Source of the DNA: a virus
Length of the DNA stretch: 64,000 bases
Virus record (IMG/VR): IMGVR_UViG_3300021957_003133
Coordinates: 51,467 to 115,466 of that record
Direction: 5' to 3' (one strand)
How positions within the stretch are numbered: position 1 is the stretch's first letter; the number at the start of each line of letters is the position of its first letter. The notes beneath the pieces were generated by a model that worked only from the letters and a program-made list of their open reading frames with translations, did not search any database and was not told where the DNA came from. Positions 47,401-56,573 of this stretch are shown in pieces. A program made the position numbers and the translations under genes.

Positions 47401-50067
47401 TTATTCAAATGTAAACAGGTCGTCAAATGTTGTTGAAATCTGTGTATTTTCACTTATCTTCCAGTTCAATACACCTAATAAGTTTTCTACTTTTTGATCT
47501 ACGATACCAGTCTCCATGGCGGCATCATCAAATGGAAGTTCTTTAAACCAATCGGGTATATGTGTTTCATCAATTGGATATCCAACACTGGTATATCCTA
47601 AAGGATTGTCTTTGAGTTTACACACAATAGTTTTCATTCCATCAACTATGCTCATTGAATAGTTGTCACTGTGCATACGTCTTAGATTATTCCAGTTCAT
47701 TGCGGCTCTAACGTGTCCAGGCATATTTGCTTTACCTAGTCGTTCTTCTTCTTTACTATATTTTGTTAGGTTGTTGACACGCTTAGGAGTTCCTTTTTCC
47801 CAAGCTGGGCGTTCTGTAAACAGTAGCTTAAACTCTCTTACTTTGGCAATTAGCCGTTCTCTATCAGCACCAGTCAGTGTTTCTAACAGTACTTCACTCA
47901 AGAAGTCCTGTACTACCTTAGGTGTATCTGAACGCTTTAAGTCCAAGCCCATAGCTTTTACTTTGCCAGGTGAACCGTGACTGTCTAATCTGTTACCTTC
48001 CATATCATAGATAAGCACAGCATAACGTTTCTTCTTGATAAACAGTCCTTTCAATGCTACTAGTTCTCTACCACCTCTAATTAGCTCGCCCTGTTTGCGT
48101 GTAACGTGGAATGCTTTTTCACAGAATGCTGGAAAGCTGGCATTGACTTGATCTGAAATTGAATCATATAGTTGAACTGCGATGTCTTTGTTCCATTCCA
48201 TCTTGCCTGCTTCAACATCATCTTTGACAGCGGGCCACGCAGTAAAATAACAACTATCAGTATCACCATACACTATACTTTCTCCAACGTGATCATATTC
48301 GCCCATGATACATTCATTAATATAAGCATCCATATGGCGTGCAATAACACGTCCAGTCAGTGTTGTTGATTGACCAATACGATGATCAAAGAATCTACAA
48401 CCTGGATTAAGCAGTGCACCATACAAACTATTTAGGTTAATCTTCTTAACTAGCTGTCGCTTATCCCAGAATGCTGTGTCTTCTTTGTTTTCAGTTTTGA
48501 TGCTTTCACGCATCTTACTTTGCATTTCCTTACGTTCTGCGTACCATCGTTCCAATAGTCCTGGAATGATACCTTTTGTTTCGTTGTTAAAGATGGTTCC
48601 GTTAGCACTCAGTATCCAAGGTTTGTTACTATCAAATATTAGCCTCCATACATCCGCGGCACTTAATACATCACTTTCACCGTTCTTCCAGTCGATAGTT
48701 ATTTCAGTGCCTGGCTCACCATTCATAACAGCAGTGTATTCCATACTACCAAACACATTCTCCCAAGCATCAGCAAATGACTTGCCTTCTTGTTGTTTAG
48801 TTTTAATATGATGTTCAGTCATAGTAGGTCTTAGCTGTCCTATAATAGTTTCTGGACCCATATTCAAAGCACGAATAGCCGACGGATAAAGTGAATTAAT
48901 ATCAATAGCACCTATGTAGTCATGCATACCTTTCTTAGGAAACGCCACATAAGCACCTGCGGCCTGTGTAGTGCCTTCATCGCCAAATTTTCTATTAGGA
49001 ACTATCATACCTAACTGATGTGCTTCGTTGATAATAGCTTGTTCAGTAACAGCAACAGCACCCATTGTTGTTTGTAGTAGTACTGTGTTGTCATGTGCTA
49101 ATTCATTAGCAAGATCAATAAATCTTAATTTCTTGTCTAATTTATCTAATAGAGCAGTATCTTGTCTATTATACTCAATGAACTTTTCAAAATCTTTATT
49201 ATATAGTTGATCTAGGGTACCTTCATATGGAGTTTTTGTTTCTGCTAGTTCAAACTCAGCAATAGCATCCAACGAGTAACTATGTCTTTCTTCGTATGTA
49301 TATTTTCTATACAGTTGCATATAATCTAAATGCACACGACCAATCAAATCAAATGTTAAGTTGCTGGCTCCAAAGCGTTCAAACTCACGTTTCTTAGGAA
49401 ATTGATTCCATAAACAAAAACGTCTGGTATCATCTTTTGACAGCACACGATTAGTTCTCATTACCATGTAGGGAATATCAAATCCTTCTGAGTTCCACCC
49501 ACTCAATATATCAGCATCTTCAATTATATCTAAGAAAGTTTTTATAAGATCTTCTTCACGTTCCATTAAAAAGCAATTATCATACTTGCTAGCAATTTCT
49601 TCGGCAGTTTCCCAACTCATTGACTTAGGTGGGATCACCATAGTAACTAGTTTTTCCATCCAATCAAGATATACTGATACTGCTGTAATTGGATTAAAAG
49701 GATCATCGGGCTTACTAAATCCTCTTACTGGATCAAAGTCAACCTCAATATCAAAAAATGCTGTTTGTAGTTTAGGTGACGGCTTGCCTAGATAATTATT
49801 CTCTAAGCAACGGAATACAGGATTAATATCACTTTCCCAAGTCTGCTTGCCTGAGTTTACTTTTAATTCTCTGTGAAACTCTTTTGAATTTTTAGTTTGG
49901 AATCGATCTACAGGAGTACCATATATGGTACGGTGTTTACCCTTAGGAGCATCATAATAAAATACATACTCTGCTGGGTATTCTACATATTCTCTTTGGC
50001 CATTGTTGCGTTCAACAATGTATATACGATCTTTTTGCCTGTCAAACAGGGCATCTACGTAACTCAT
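47401..50067 (-). CDS. Family B DNA polymerase (T4 gp43-like)
   Basis: Exo DIE, GWNSEGFD; Pol DINSLYPS, KINLNSLYG, YGDTDS, KKRY. Confidence 0.97.
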   Translation of the reverse strand: MSYVDALFDRQKDRIYIVERNNGQREYVEYPAEYVFYYDAPKGKHRTIYGTPVDRFQTKNSKEFHRELKVNSGKQTWESDINPVFRCLENNYLGKPSPKLQTAFFDIEVDFDPVRGFSKPDDPFNPITAVSVYLDWMEKLVTMVIPPKSMSWETAEEIASKYDNCFLMEREEDLIKTFLDIIEDADILSGWNSEGFDIPYMVMRTNRVLSKDDTRRFCLWNQFPKKREFERFGASNLTFDLIGRVHLDYMQLYRKYTYEERHSYSLDAIAEFELAETKTPYEGTLDQLYNKDFEKFIEYNRQDTALLDKLDKKLRFIDLANELAHDNTVLLQTTMGAVAVTEQAIINEAHQLGMIVPNRKFGDEGTTQAAGAYVAFPKKGMHDYIGAIDINSLYPSAIRALNMGPETIIGQLRPTMTEHHIKTKQQEGKSFADAWENVFGSMEYTAVMNGEPGTEITIDWKNGESDVLSAADVWRLIFDSNKPWILSANGTIFNNETKGIIPGLLERWYAERKEMQSKMRESIKTENKEDTAFWDKRQLVKKINLNSLYGALLNPGCRFFDHRIGQSTTLTGRVIARHMDAYINECIMGEYDHVGESIVYGDTDSCYFTAWPAVKDDVEAGKMEWNKDIAVQLYDSISDQVNASFPAFCEKAFHVTRKQGELIRGGRELVALKGLFIKKKRYAVLIYDMEGNRLDSHGSPGKVKAMGLDLKRSDTPKVVQDFLSEVLLETLTGADRERLIAKVREFKLLFTERPAWEKGTPKRVNNLTKYSKEEERLGKANMPGHVRAAMNWNNLRRMHSDNYSMSIVDGMKTIVCKLKDNPLGYTSVGYPIDETHIPDWFKELPFDDAAMETGIVDQKVENLLGVLNWKISENTQISTTFDDLFTFE

Positions 50068-50140
50068 TTATACTCCTTTTTGTGCGACTTCTAGCTCACA
50101 CACACTCTTCATGCCCACTGTGGGCGTAACTCTTACTATT

Positions 50141-50169
50141 ATTATACTTTACTTCAACAACTAAGTCAA
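50141..50169 (-). promoter_or_regulatory. Sigma70-type promoter of the DNA polymerase, followed by a structured leader
   Basis: TTGACT-N17-TATAAT; leader has a GCCCA/UGGGC hairpin before AAGGAG. Confidence 0.75.
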
Positions 50170-50427
50170 CTATAAAGTTCGACCAGCAGTTTCTAACACA
50201 GTTGTTAGTGTTTCGTGATCTGTGTTTGTGTCTGTAAATGAGGATTTTTGTGCAATTTTAATTGCTTTTTTAAGAATACTTGGTTTAACTTGTAGTTCTT
50301 CAGCTACAGCTTTTACAGTATCACTAAGCCCAGCATTCAAATCTTCTACTTCTGAAAGTACTTGAATCCCTTCGTTAATTAACTGAACCAGCTTTGCTTT
50401 TTGTTCTGAATTGAATACTTCTGACAT
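50170..50427 (-). CDS. Small dsDNA-binding protein (T4 DsbA/GapR-like)
   Basis: EVEDLNAGLSDTVKAVAEELQVKPSILKKAIKIA pattern; AGGAGG RBS. Confidence 0.55.
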   Translation of the reverse strand: MSEVFNSEQKAKLVQLINEGIQVLSEVEDLNAGLSDTVKAVAEELQVKPSILKKAIKIAQKSSFTDTNTDHETLTTVLETAGRTL

Positions 50428-50475
50428 ATTAATGCCTCCTTGATTTATAGTTATAAAATATTATACTATAATTAC

Positions 50476-50895
50476 TTATTGTTTGCAACAACTTTGTAGA
50501 ATTTTTGATACAGTAGTGAACTCAACAGCTAATTCATCATACAATGTTTCAGGTGGGCGTCTTAGGAATGCTCTAGTAACATAGGCTGTTTGCCCCATTT
50601 CTTGATAATAACTTTCTGTGGGCCATTTTGACTTACCCCAACCCAATGAATGTACCAGAAGACATTCATCCCCTACTTCTTTTAGAATCGGTATTCGTTC
50701 TCTAATTGGTTTGTGTGTGCTTTCTAGTAATTTAATACAGACGGGTTCTGTATTAATCTGTGGCTTGTCCATGTAGTTAGCAAACAGGTGTACAAGGTAC
50801 GCTTCGAGATCGTCTTCGAGGTCGATTAACAACATGTCTTCTGCTCTTTTAACAGCATCATAGCTGTGTTTCAGATAATGCTCGTAGTTTGTCAT
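50476..50895 (-). CDS. Hypothetical protein
   Basis: Start re-assigned to MTNYEH; EAYLVHLF..LKEVGDECL..YYQEMGQTAY. Confidence 0.55.
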   Translation of the reverse strand: MTNYEHYLKHSYDAVKRAEDMLLIDLEDDLEAYLVHLFANYMDKPQINTEPVCIKLLESTHKPIRERIPILKEVGDECLLVHSLGWGKSKWPTESYYQEMGQTAYVTRAFLRRPPETLYDELAVEFTTVSKILQSCCKQ

Positions 50896-50896
50896 T

Positions 50897-51322
50897 TTAC
50901 CACTTACGACATGACCAATATCTTGCTTTAGTTTTTGGCCCAGGACTATCGCAATTATGTCTAGCACGGAAACTTTTACGTGCCGCAGGGTTATTTTTTC
51001 TAATACGCATTGTTTTGCCTTTTACACTTGACCCACCGTGTCCAAAATTTACTTTTTTAATGTTACCTGTTTTAGGATCCTTAACATAAACTTTAAACTT
51101 CTTAACATCACCTTGCATAGGTTTGTTTAGTTGGACTTTACGTCCTTGATATTCTGCTTCTTCAAGAGTTTCTTCTACGTCTCCGTAAGCTTCAAAGAAT
51201 TTGTCATCATCTTCGTAAGTTTCTTCTGATTCAGCATGCATTGCCGCCATATGTTTTTTGTACTTTTCGGTACCTTTCTTATGTGGGCTCTTGCCTTCGT
51301 TTAAGATTTCATTAATTTTCAT
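50897..51322 (-). CDS. Tagged putative internal head protein (basic module + DUF6321-like domain)
   Basis: N-terminus MKINEILNE; KKFKVYV..VNFG..RKSFRARHNC..ARYWSC. Confidence 0.6.
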   Translation of the reverse strand: MKINEILNEGKSPHKKGTEKYKKHMAAMHAESEETYEDDDKFFEAYGDVEETLEEAEYQGRKVQLNKPMQGDVKKFKVYVKDPKTGNIKKVNFGHGGSSVKGKTMRIRKNNPAARKSFRARHNCDSPGPKTKARYWSCRKW

Positions 51323-51326
51323 GATA

Positions 51327-51569
51327 TTAGCCTTCTATTGTTTCTAATGTTATTGTTTCTGATATCGGTTCTTTTTCAGGAACTGCATGTGGTGTAGCTT
51401 TGTTTTTTGCTCCGCAATCAAGTTTTAAAAGTAGTATAGCACATAGTAAAGGATTTGGTTTCTTTTTATCTTGTGTTTGCACTTGTTCAGTGTCAACAGT
51501 GTCTTGTACAGTTGTACACCCAGATTGAAGCATTAATATTACTACTAATACAAAAAATAATATTTTCAT
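51327..51569 (-). CDS. Putative lipoprotein
   Basis: Hydrophobic signal peptide with LQSGC lipobox. Confidence 0.6.
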   Translation of the reverse strand: MKILFFVLVVILMLQSGCTTVQDTVDTEQVQTQDKKKPNPLLCAILLLKLDCGAKNKATPHAVPEKEPISETITLETIEG

Positions 51570-51712
51570 CTATTTGGCTCCACATGTAAGGTGCATATAG
51601 TACCTGGCTCTGTACATTTTAGTATTGTGTCATAGTCTATTAGATAACCATTAGCTATATGACTAAGTCCTAGTATTACAGACGCAATAATAATTGCCTT
51701 ACTTGTTGTCAT
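51566..51712 (-). CDS. Small hypothetical protein, 48 aa (not in ORF track)
   Basis: MTTSKAIIIASVILGLSHIANGYLIDYDTILKCTEPGTICTLHVEPNR; ATGA overlaps on both sides. Confidence 0.5.
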   Translation of the reverse strand: MTTSKAIIIASVILGLSHIANGYLIDYDTILKCTEPGTICTLHVEPNR

Positions 51713-52284
51713 TTCTTCTTACCACTTTTCATATTAGCACACCAGTGATACATTTTTGCTTTTTCACCAGATGCTTTTTTTGCCTTTGCTCTTAAGTCTG
51801 TTACTGAACCTTTACAACTAGCACCAGCCTTTTTTACTCTACCTGGACGACTTTTACCTTTTTTTTTACCGTCGGCGAAGTTTTCGTTCATACTAGCACG
51901 TTTGCCCCAATCTAAACTTATTTTGTCATCTGTGATTGGACCACCTGCGGCCCATGTTTCACATGTACGTGCTGAATGACATTTAAAATGATGCATCCAA
52001 CAGTACCCAAGTTTACCGTAGTCATCGGATGTTTTACCAGGCATACATTTTTCCATCCTTGGTGATACATCAAACGCTACACAGTTACCACATAGGCTTT
52101 CTTTAGCTGATTCTTCTGTAGTGTCCCAAAGTTTAGCGGCCTTCTTCCAATAGTCAGCTGGGTTTTTAAAGTTCAATGGTCCATACATATAATTCTTGAT
52201 TGTTGAATTTCTATTGTCTGTATTAATAGCTATGTCCTGTGTAGCTGGCGGACATTTTGCTTCAAGTATTTCCTGGACTTTCAC
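51709..52284 (-). CDS. Tagged Cys-rich protein with basic C-terminal module
   Basis: GTG start (MKVQEILE) with GGAG RBS; CGNC..GYC..FKCHSARTC; C-terminal ENFADGKK...HWCANMKSG. Confidence 0.6.
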   Translation of the reverse strand: MKVQEILEAKCPPATQDIAINTDNRNSTIKNYMYGPLNFKNPADYWKKAAKLWDTTEESAKESLCGNCVAFDVSPRMEKCMPGKTSDDYGKLGYCWMHHFKCHSARTCETWAAGGPITDDKISLDWGKRASMNENFADGKKKGKSRPGRVKKAGASCKGSVTDLRAKAKKASGEKAKMYHWCANMKSGKKK

Positions 52285-52793
52285 TGATTTTCTCCAATTA
52301 TTGGTTTTACTTCCATAAACTCTGGACACTGTTTGTTGAACAATCGCATAATAATACCAGCTTCACTGTTAGCTTCGTTTTCAGCATCGCTACCAGTCAT
52401 CCAACTATCGTCGACAAGTTTGCTATCACAGTCTTGTTTATAGTGTACCATTTCGTGTGCGAGTGTTCTAAGAATATCAACAGGATGTCTGTCAGAAATA
52501 CTTAGATGTATATTCTTGTTGTTTGGATCATAGCCGCCAAAGCTGGCTTGATGTGTACCTGTTTGTTTTTTGCAAAGATGTATTTTAGGAAGTTTTGTTA
52601 TATTTAGATGCTTACAAGCGATAGGCAGTAGTTGTCGAAATCCTTCCATGAGATCTAGATCGTGTTTTTGTTCTTCGTTTGTTTTTTTCTTACCGTCGCA
52701 ATGAGCTTGCTGACTAAACCCTTTTGGGTTTGAACAGTCGATTGAACGCTTATATTTCTCCGTCCATTTTTCAAATAAGTCTAAAGCTAGCAT
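52281..52793 (-). CDS. Tagged protein: small Cys module + zincin-like metallopeptidase domain
   Basis: MLALDLFE; IDCSNPKGFSQQAHC; TLAHEMVH..ENEAN; ATAAATA at 52801-52807. Confidence 0.7.
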   Translation of the reverse strand: MLALDLFEKWTEKYKRSIDCSNPKGFSQQAHCDGKKKTNEEQKHDLDLMEGFRQLLPIACKHLNITKLPKIHLCKKQTGTHQASFGGYDPNNKNIHLSISDRHPVDILRTLAHEMVHYKQDCDSKLVDDSWMTGSDAENEANSEAGIIMRLFNKQCPEFMEVKPIIGENQ

Positions 52794-52803
52794 GATATAG
52801 TAT

Positions 52804-53370
52804 TTATTTCAGACCAATCTTCATAAAACGATTGTATTGGGTACCTTCCACACATTCTAAAGGCATTTGTTTAAGGCAGTAAGTTTCAACTAACGGATAA
52901 GCTTCATCAAATACTGTCAGTGTTTGATATAAATTTTCTTTGTTCCCCCGTTGTTGGTCTCTACCTTGTAATGCTACTATGGTTCCATTAGGGATATTGT
53001 CAAACCATTCTTGACCTTCGATATCATTGGTGCTGGTATTAATTACTAACGAATCGTTGTCTTTGAATTTGGTATTATTGCAGTCCTGCGTAACTGGCAC
53101 GACTTTTTCGCAACAAGCGTTTTGTTTGGCATATTCGGTATTTTTAGGGTCAATATCTATCAAAAATAGCTTATTACATACAATATTTCGGTCTAATATG
53201 TACTGTGCTATACTTCCGTACCAACTACCTAAAGCATATACATTGTCAAATTTATCATGCCCTAATCGTTTAAGAGTCCGACATAACCATAGCTTACCTA
53301 GATTGAGATCTTGACTCATGCTACCGGCTGGGGTGTTCGGAGAACTTTCAAAGAGTTCAATAGCTATCAT
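52804..53370 (-). CDS. Tagged SAM-dependent methyltransferase-like protein
   Basis: MIAIELFE; GKLWL, ALGSWYG, IDID, VINTS, RFMKIG. Confidence 0.6.
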   Translation of the reverse strand: MIAIELFESSPNTPAGSMSQDLNLGKLWLCRTLKRLGHDKFDNVYALGSWYGSIAQYILDRNIVCNKLFLIDIDPKNTEYAKQNACCEKVVPVTQDCNNTKFKDNDSLVINTSTNDIEGQEWFDNIPNGTIVALQGRDQQRGNKENLYQTLTVFDEAYPLVETYCLKQMPLECVEGTQYNRFMKIGLK

Positions 53371-53744
53371 TTGGTTCCCTTTGTTTTTATCTGTCGTATC
53401 CTTCCTGGAGTACGTACTCTTACTGGTTTAGTTACTTTCCTTTTAAATCTTTTAGGAGTTTCGCCTCTCCATTTATTTAATTTTTTAACTGTTCTACTAG
53501 CACGTGATCTTGTTTTAGTACGATTACTTTTAAAAGCCTGCATTTTGTGTGTTCTAGCTCTAACTTTCTTAAATCTATTTGACTTTGCTACATCTAATGC
53601 TTGGTTACAGTTACTGACATCCGGTACCGTTCTTCCTTTACGTTGCCCAGTTTCACATCTCCAAAAGAGGTTGATATGCCCTGTGTTAGGATTACGCCTA
53701 AACACAGCTCTATGCTCTTTAACTATAAACTCTTTTGCTCTCAT
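53367..53744 (-). CDS. Tagged, highly basic protein
   Basis: MRAKEFIVKE; Arg/Lys-rich; RCETGQRKGR..C. Confidence 0.6.
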   Translation of the reverse strand: MRAKEFIVKEHRAVFRRNPNTGHINLFWRCETGQRKGRTVPDVSNCNQALDVAKSNRFKKVRARTHKMQAFKSNRTKTRSRASRTVKKLNKWRGETPKRFKRKVTKPVRVRTPGRIRQIKTKGTK

Positions 53745-54415
53745 AATTTAAAGTAATCAATGAATAACCTAGCTATTCTTTTATGTCCTAGTTCATTTGG
53801 ATGTGTTCTGCATCCTTCAAAATACTGTCCTTGGAAGTCTTCCTCGGCTGGTCCGTCCCACAGATCAGCATTGTATGTTTGGAACAACCTTAAAAACTTA
53901 TTTCTTTCGGTTAGTATTTCTGTTAAGCTTTTACTATCTAAAAACTTTTTTCTATCAATGGCTAATCCGAATTCATGTATTTTATCAATCTGACCGTAGT
54001 TATGTATCATACTATACCGACACCCTTGATCATTTAATATCTTTTGTATGGTATAAACAAACACAGCGTGGTGATATTCAAACCACCTCAAACTTTTATT
54101 ACCTAAGAACTCTTTATACCGTTTAGTTAAGTTGCCGGTCCCTTCCATACTATACATATTATGGAATCCGTCTTCTTCACTTTCATCATACCATCTTACA
54201 TCTGGCGGAATAATTACAGTAACTATGTCATCGTTTTCTATTTGCTTAACATTTGCTACAATAGTTTGTAACACATTGCCAAGACTAAATCCTTCTACTC
54301 CATAATTACTATATTCTACACCTAACTGCTGAGCCATCCAGTGCGGATACGGTTTTTCACCTTCATTTAATTCAGCTCCGTATGCCCAACTATCTCCAAA
54401 TGCTATTATTTTCAT
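53741..54415 (-). CDS. SGNH/GDSL-like hydrolase
   Basis: FGDSWAYG, NYGVEGFS, THPNELGH. Confidence 0.7.
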   Translation of the reverse strand: MKIIAFGDSWAYGAELNEGEKPYPHWMAQQLGVEYSNYGVEGFSLGNVLQTIVANVKQIENDDIVTVIIPPDVRWYDESEEDGFHNMYSMEGTGNLTKRYKEFLGNKSLRWFEYHHAVFVYTIQKILNDQGCRYSMIHNYGQIDKIHEFGLAIDRKKFLDSKSLTEILTERNKFLRLFQTYNADLWDGPAEEDFQGQYFEGCRTHPNELGHKRIARLFIDYFKL

Positions 54416-54421
54416 ATTATT

Positions 54422-54490
54422 GTATGCCCACTTCGGTGTTTTAATCCTAGGCAGGAGCCTCCTAACATAACGGTCCTATGGCTATGTTCT
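54422..54490 (-). ncRNA. Candidate structured RNA downstream of a late-promoter motif
   Basis: AACAUAGC-CAUAGGACC-GUUAUGUU hairpin, GGC-UCCU-GCC, CAC-CGAA-GUG; ATAAATA at 54497-54503. Confidence 0.35.
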
Positions 54491-54499
54491 TTTATATAT

Positions 54500-55717
54500 T
54501 TATTGCTCTTTAGGTGGCGGAACGTACTCTACAGTTATTTTACCGTCTTTGAGTGTTACCTGTATCTGTCTGTATATTGTAGTTGGTAATCCATCTTGTC
54601 TATCTATTGCGTTTTCTACACTAATACTAAACACATTTTCTAAATCGCCTATGTATTGATTACGTCCGTCATCTTCCTCAATTTGTCTAGCTAGTTCACG
54701 CACTTCATCTACAGTTATATCAAGGGCACCGTAAACATTACCATAATATGCACTAGCAGAATCATTGTATTCTGTGTATGAAGGATAATCATCTTTGTAT
54801 TCACCTTCTTCATCAACGTAACCCTCGTCTCGAAGATACTCATAATACCCGTCATCGCTCATTTCCCAATCCATCATAACTTCATTTAAGAATTCTAAAC
54901 TCATCTGTTTAATTTCTTCACAGGCTTTCCTAAGTTCATCTTCATTAGGGAAAAATATTATACGTCCACCCAAGTCTGGGTCAACAGTTAGCCACCACTC
55001 TCTAAAGTCTTCACCGAAGCGTTCTATTAAATCTCCTGCGTCTACGTCACGATCCTGTTCGTCCATGTACTGTCCAGACTCTGGATGTACCTGATACTTT
55101 TCACCTTCGTATTGGGCTTTGGTAGGAAGTAAGATGTACATTGGGCCATCTCGATTGTATCTATCAAACATATTGTTACTGTCTGCGGCTGTACACCAGC
55201 GTGTGCCTTGTCCATAGTAGCAAGCGGCACTGGTATCTTCAGGCTGTATGACACGCACACCTGCGTCTTTATAAATTTCTTTTGCTTGACCTTTATCTCG
55301 CTGTTCCTTGCCTTCAGGTTCTTCATATTGATCAACTGCATCATAGAATGATTTTAAATCTTTAAATCTATTAAAGTCTGAGTGTTCAGGTTTAAGTAAT
55401 TTTTTAACTGCTAGAGTAGCAAACTTGGTTAGATAGTCACGCATTGTACTACCTATGTCTTCCCATTTGAGTAAACCGTTGGCATACATACGAGCAAGTG
55501 CCTGTGTATACTTTTTCTGTTTAGTAGGATCGCCCACTTCAATTTGATTTTTAAGTATCATCTCAGCGGCTTCTACAGGAGTTAAGTTGTCCTGTATATT
55601 TTTTCTAACAGCACCCGGAACAGTGTTATCAGCCATAGCAGTATTAACTAGCTTGGCGGCAAATGCCTGTGCTGTTTTTGATCTATCGTATTCTATTATA
55701 AAGTGTCTTGCTCTCAT
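54500..55717 (-). CDS. Tagged protein with PcfJ-like core and acidic C-terminus (paralog A)
   Basis: MRARHFIIE; GDPTK, AACYYGQGTRWCTAA, EKYQ.H..SGQYMDEQD. Confidence 0.6.
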   Translation of the reverse strand: MRARHFIIEYDRSKTAQAFAAKLVNTAMADNTVPGAVRKNIQDNLTPVEAAEMILKNQIEVGDPTKQKKYTQALARMYANGLLKWEDIGSTMRDYLTKFATLAVKKLLKPEHSDFNRFKDLKSFYDAVDQYEEPEGKEQRDKGQAKEIYKDAGVRVIQPEDTSAACYYGQGTRWCTAADSNNMFDRYNRDGPMYILLPTKAQYEGEKYQVHPESGQYMDEQDRDVDAGDLIERFGEDFREWWLTVDPDLGGRIIFFPNEDELRKACEEIKQMSLEFLNEVMMDWEMSDDGYYEYLRDEGYVDEEGEYKDDYPSYTEYNDSASAYYGNVYGALDITVDEVRELARQIEEDDGRNQYIGDLENVFSISVENAIDRQDGLPTTIYRQIQVTLKDGKITVEYVPPPKEQ

Positions 55718-55718
55718 T

Positions 55719-56573
55719 TTACTTCCTAAATATTGATACTACGATTGGGTATTCACCGTCACCCGCTATTAATTGTTCGTATGCTTTCTTACCTTGACGT
55801 TGTTCGTGATCACGCCATACTTCATCAATCACTGCATCTGGATCCTCACAGTAATCTTCGTCTGATTGACAATCATCAGTAAAGCCTTCAACGTGTACTA
55901 CCCAAGTGTTGCCTTTACTATCTTTAATCTCATCAACTGAAACGTCTTCTGGTGATCTTCCTTCAATCCACCTTTCTACTTCAGGTGGCAACGGCTTTTC
56001 TTCATCTTCATTTACTTGTTCATCCCAAGGTGTAACTAGTCCCCAACTGTCTGGATTTCTTTGTAGCGTATCTATGTTAATAAGACCATAGGGCTTAAAA
56101 TCTAAATCTATTAGATGACGTTCAAACCATAGTACTTCATCACCATAGCCTTCTGCGTTTTGTTCATCATTAGTAACATTAATAACTGCTGTTCCTTCGA
56201 CTTCTTTCTGTAGTTCCCATGCTTCTTCATCATCAATACCTAAGTAATCCATTACTTCATTGTCCATTGGTATTGGAACAGCACTAGGCTTAGGTAATCC
56301 ACCTCGTCTAATGTTATCAGCTTCTTGTTTACTAATGCCACGATACCAGCCAGCATCGTCCTCACCTTCTGCAACTACTTTTTTTAAATCGTGTTCAACA
56401 CCCTTAGATAAATCTTTTGTGTGATGCTTGTGTGGCAACGCAAATGTTTCACCGGTATCATCATTCTTATATACTTCGTGACTACCGTGTGCTCTTTCTT
56501 TATGAAAGTTATTCTTTTTTAATATCTTTTCTGCCTCACGATGTGACATTTCTTTAAATTCTTGATATCTCAT
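55719..56573 (-). CDS. Tagged multi-domain protein: HicA-like + ART-like (WYRG) + acidic domain
   Basis: MRYQEFKE; AEKILKKNNF..RAHGSHEVY..ALPH..KDLSKG (HicA pattern); WYRGIS. Confidence 0.6.
   Translation of the reverse strand: MRYQEFKEMSHREAEKILKKNNFHKERAHGSHEVYKNDDTGETFALPHKHHTKDLSKGVEHDLKKVVAEGEDDAGWYRGISKQEADNIRRGGLPKPSAVPIPMDNEVMDYLGIDDEEAWELQKEVEGTAVINVTNDEQNAEGYGDEVLWFERHLIDLDFKPYGLINIDTLQRNPDSWGLVTPWDEQVNEDEEKPLPPEVERWIEGRSPEDVSVDEIKDSKGNTWVVHVEGFTDDCQSDEDYCEDPDAVIDEVWRDHEQRQGKKAYEQLIAGDGEYPIVVSIFRK

Noticed and set aside
55719-56573. HicAB toxin-antitoxin module
   Set aside because: No HicB-like neighbour; the HicA-like part is one domain of a larger tagged protein.
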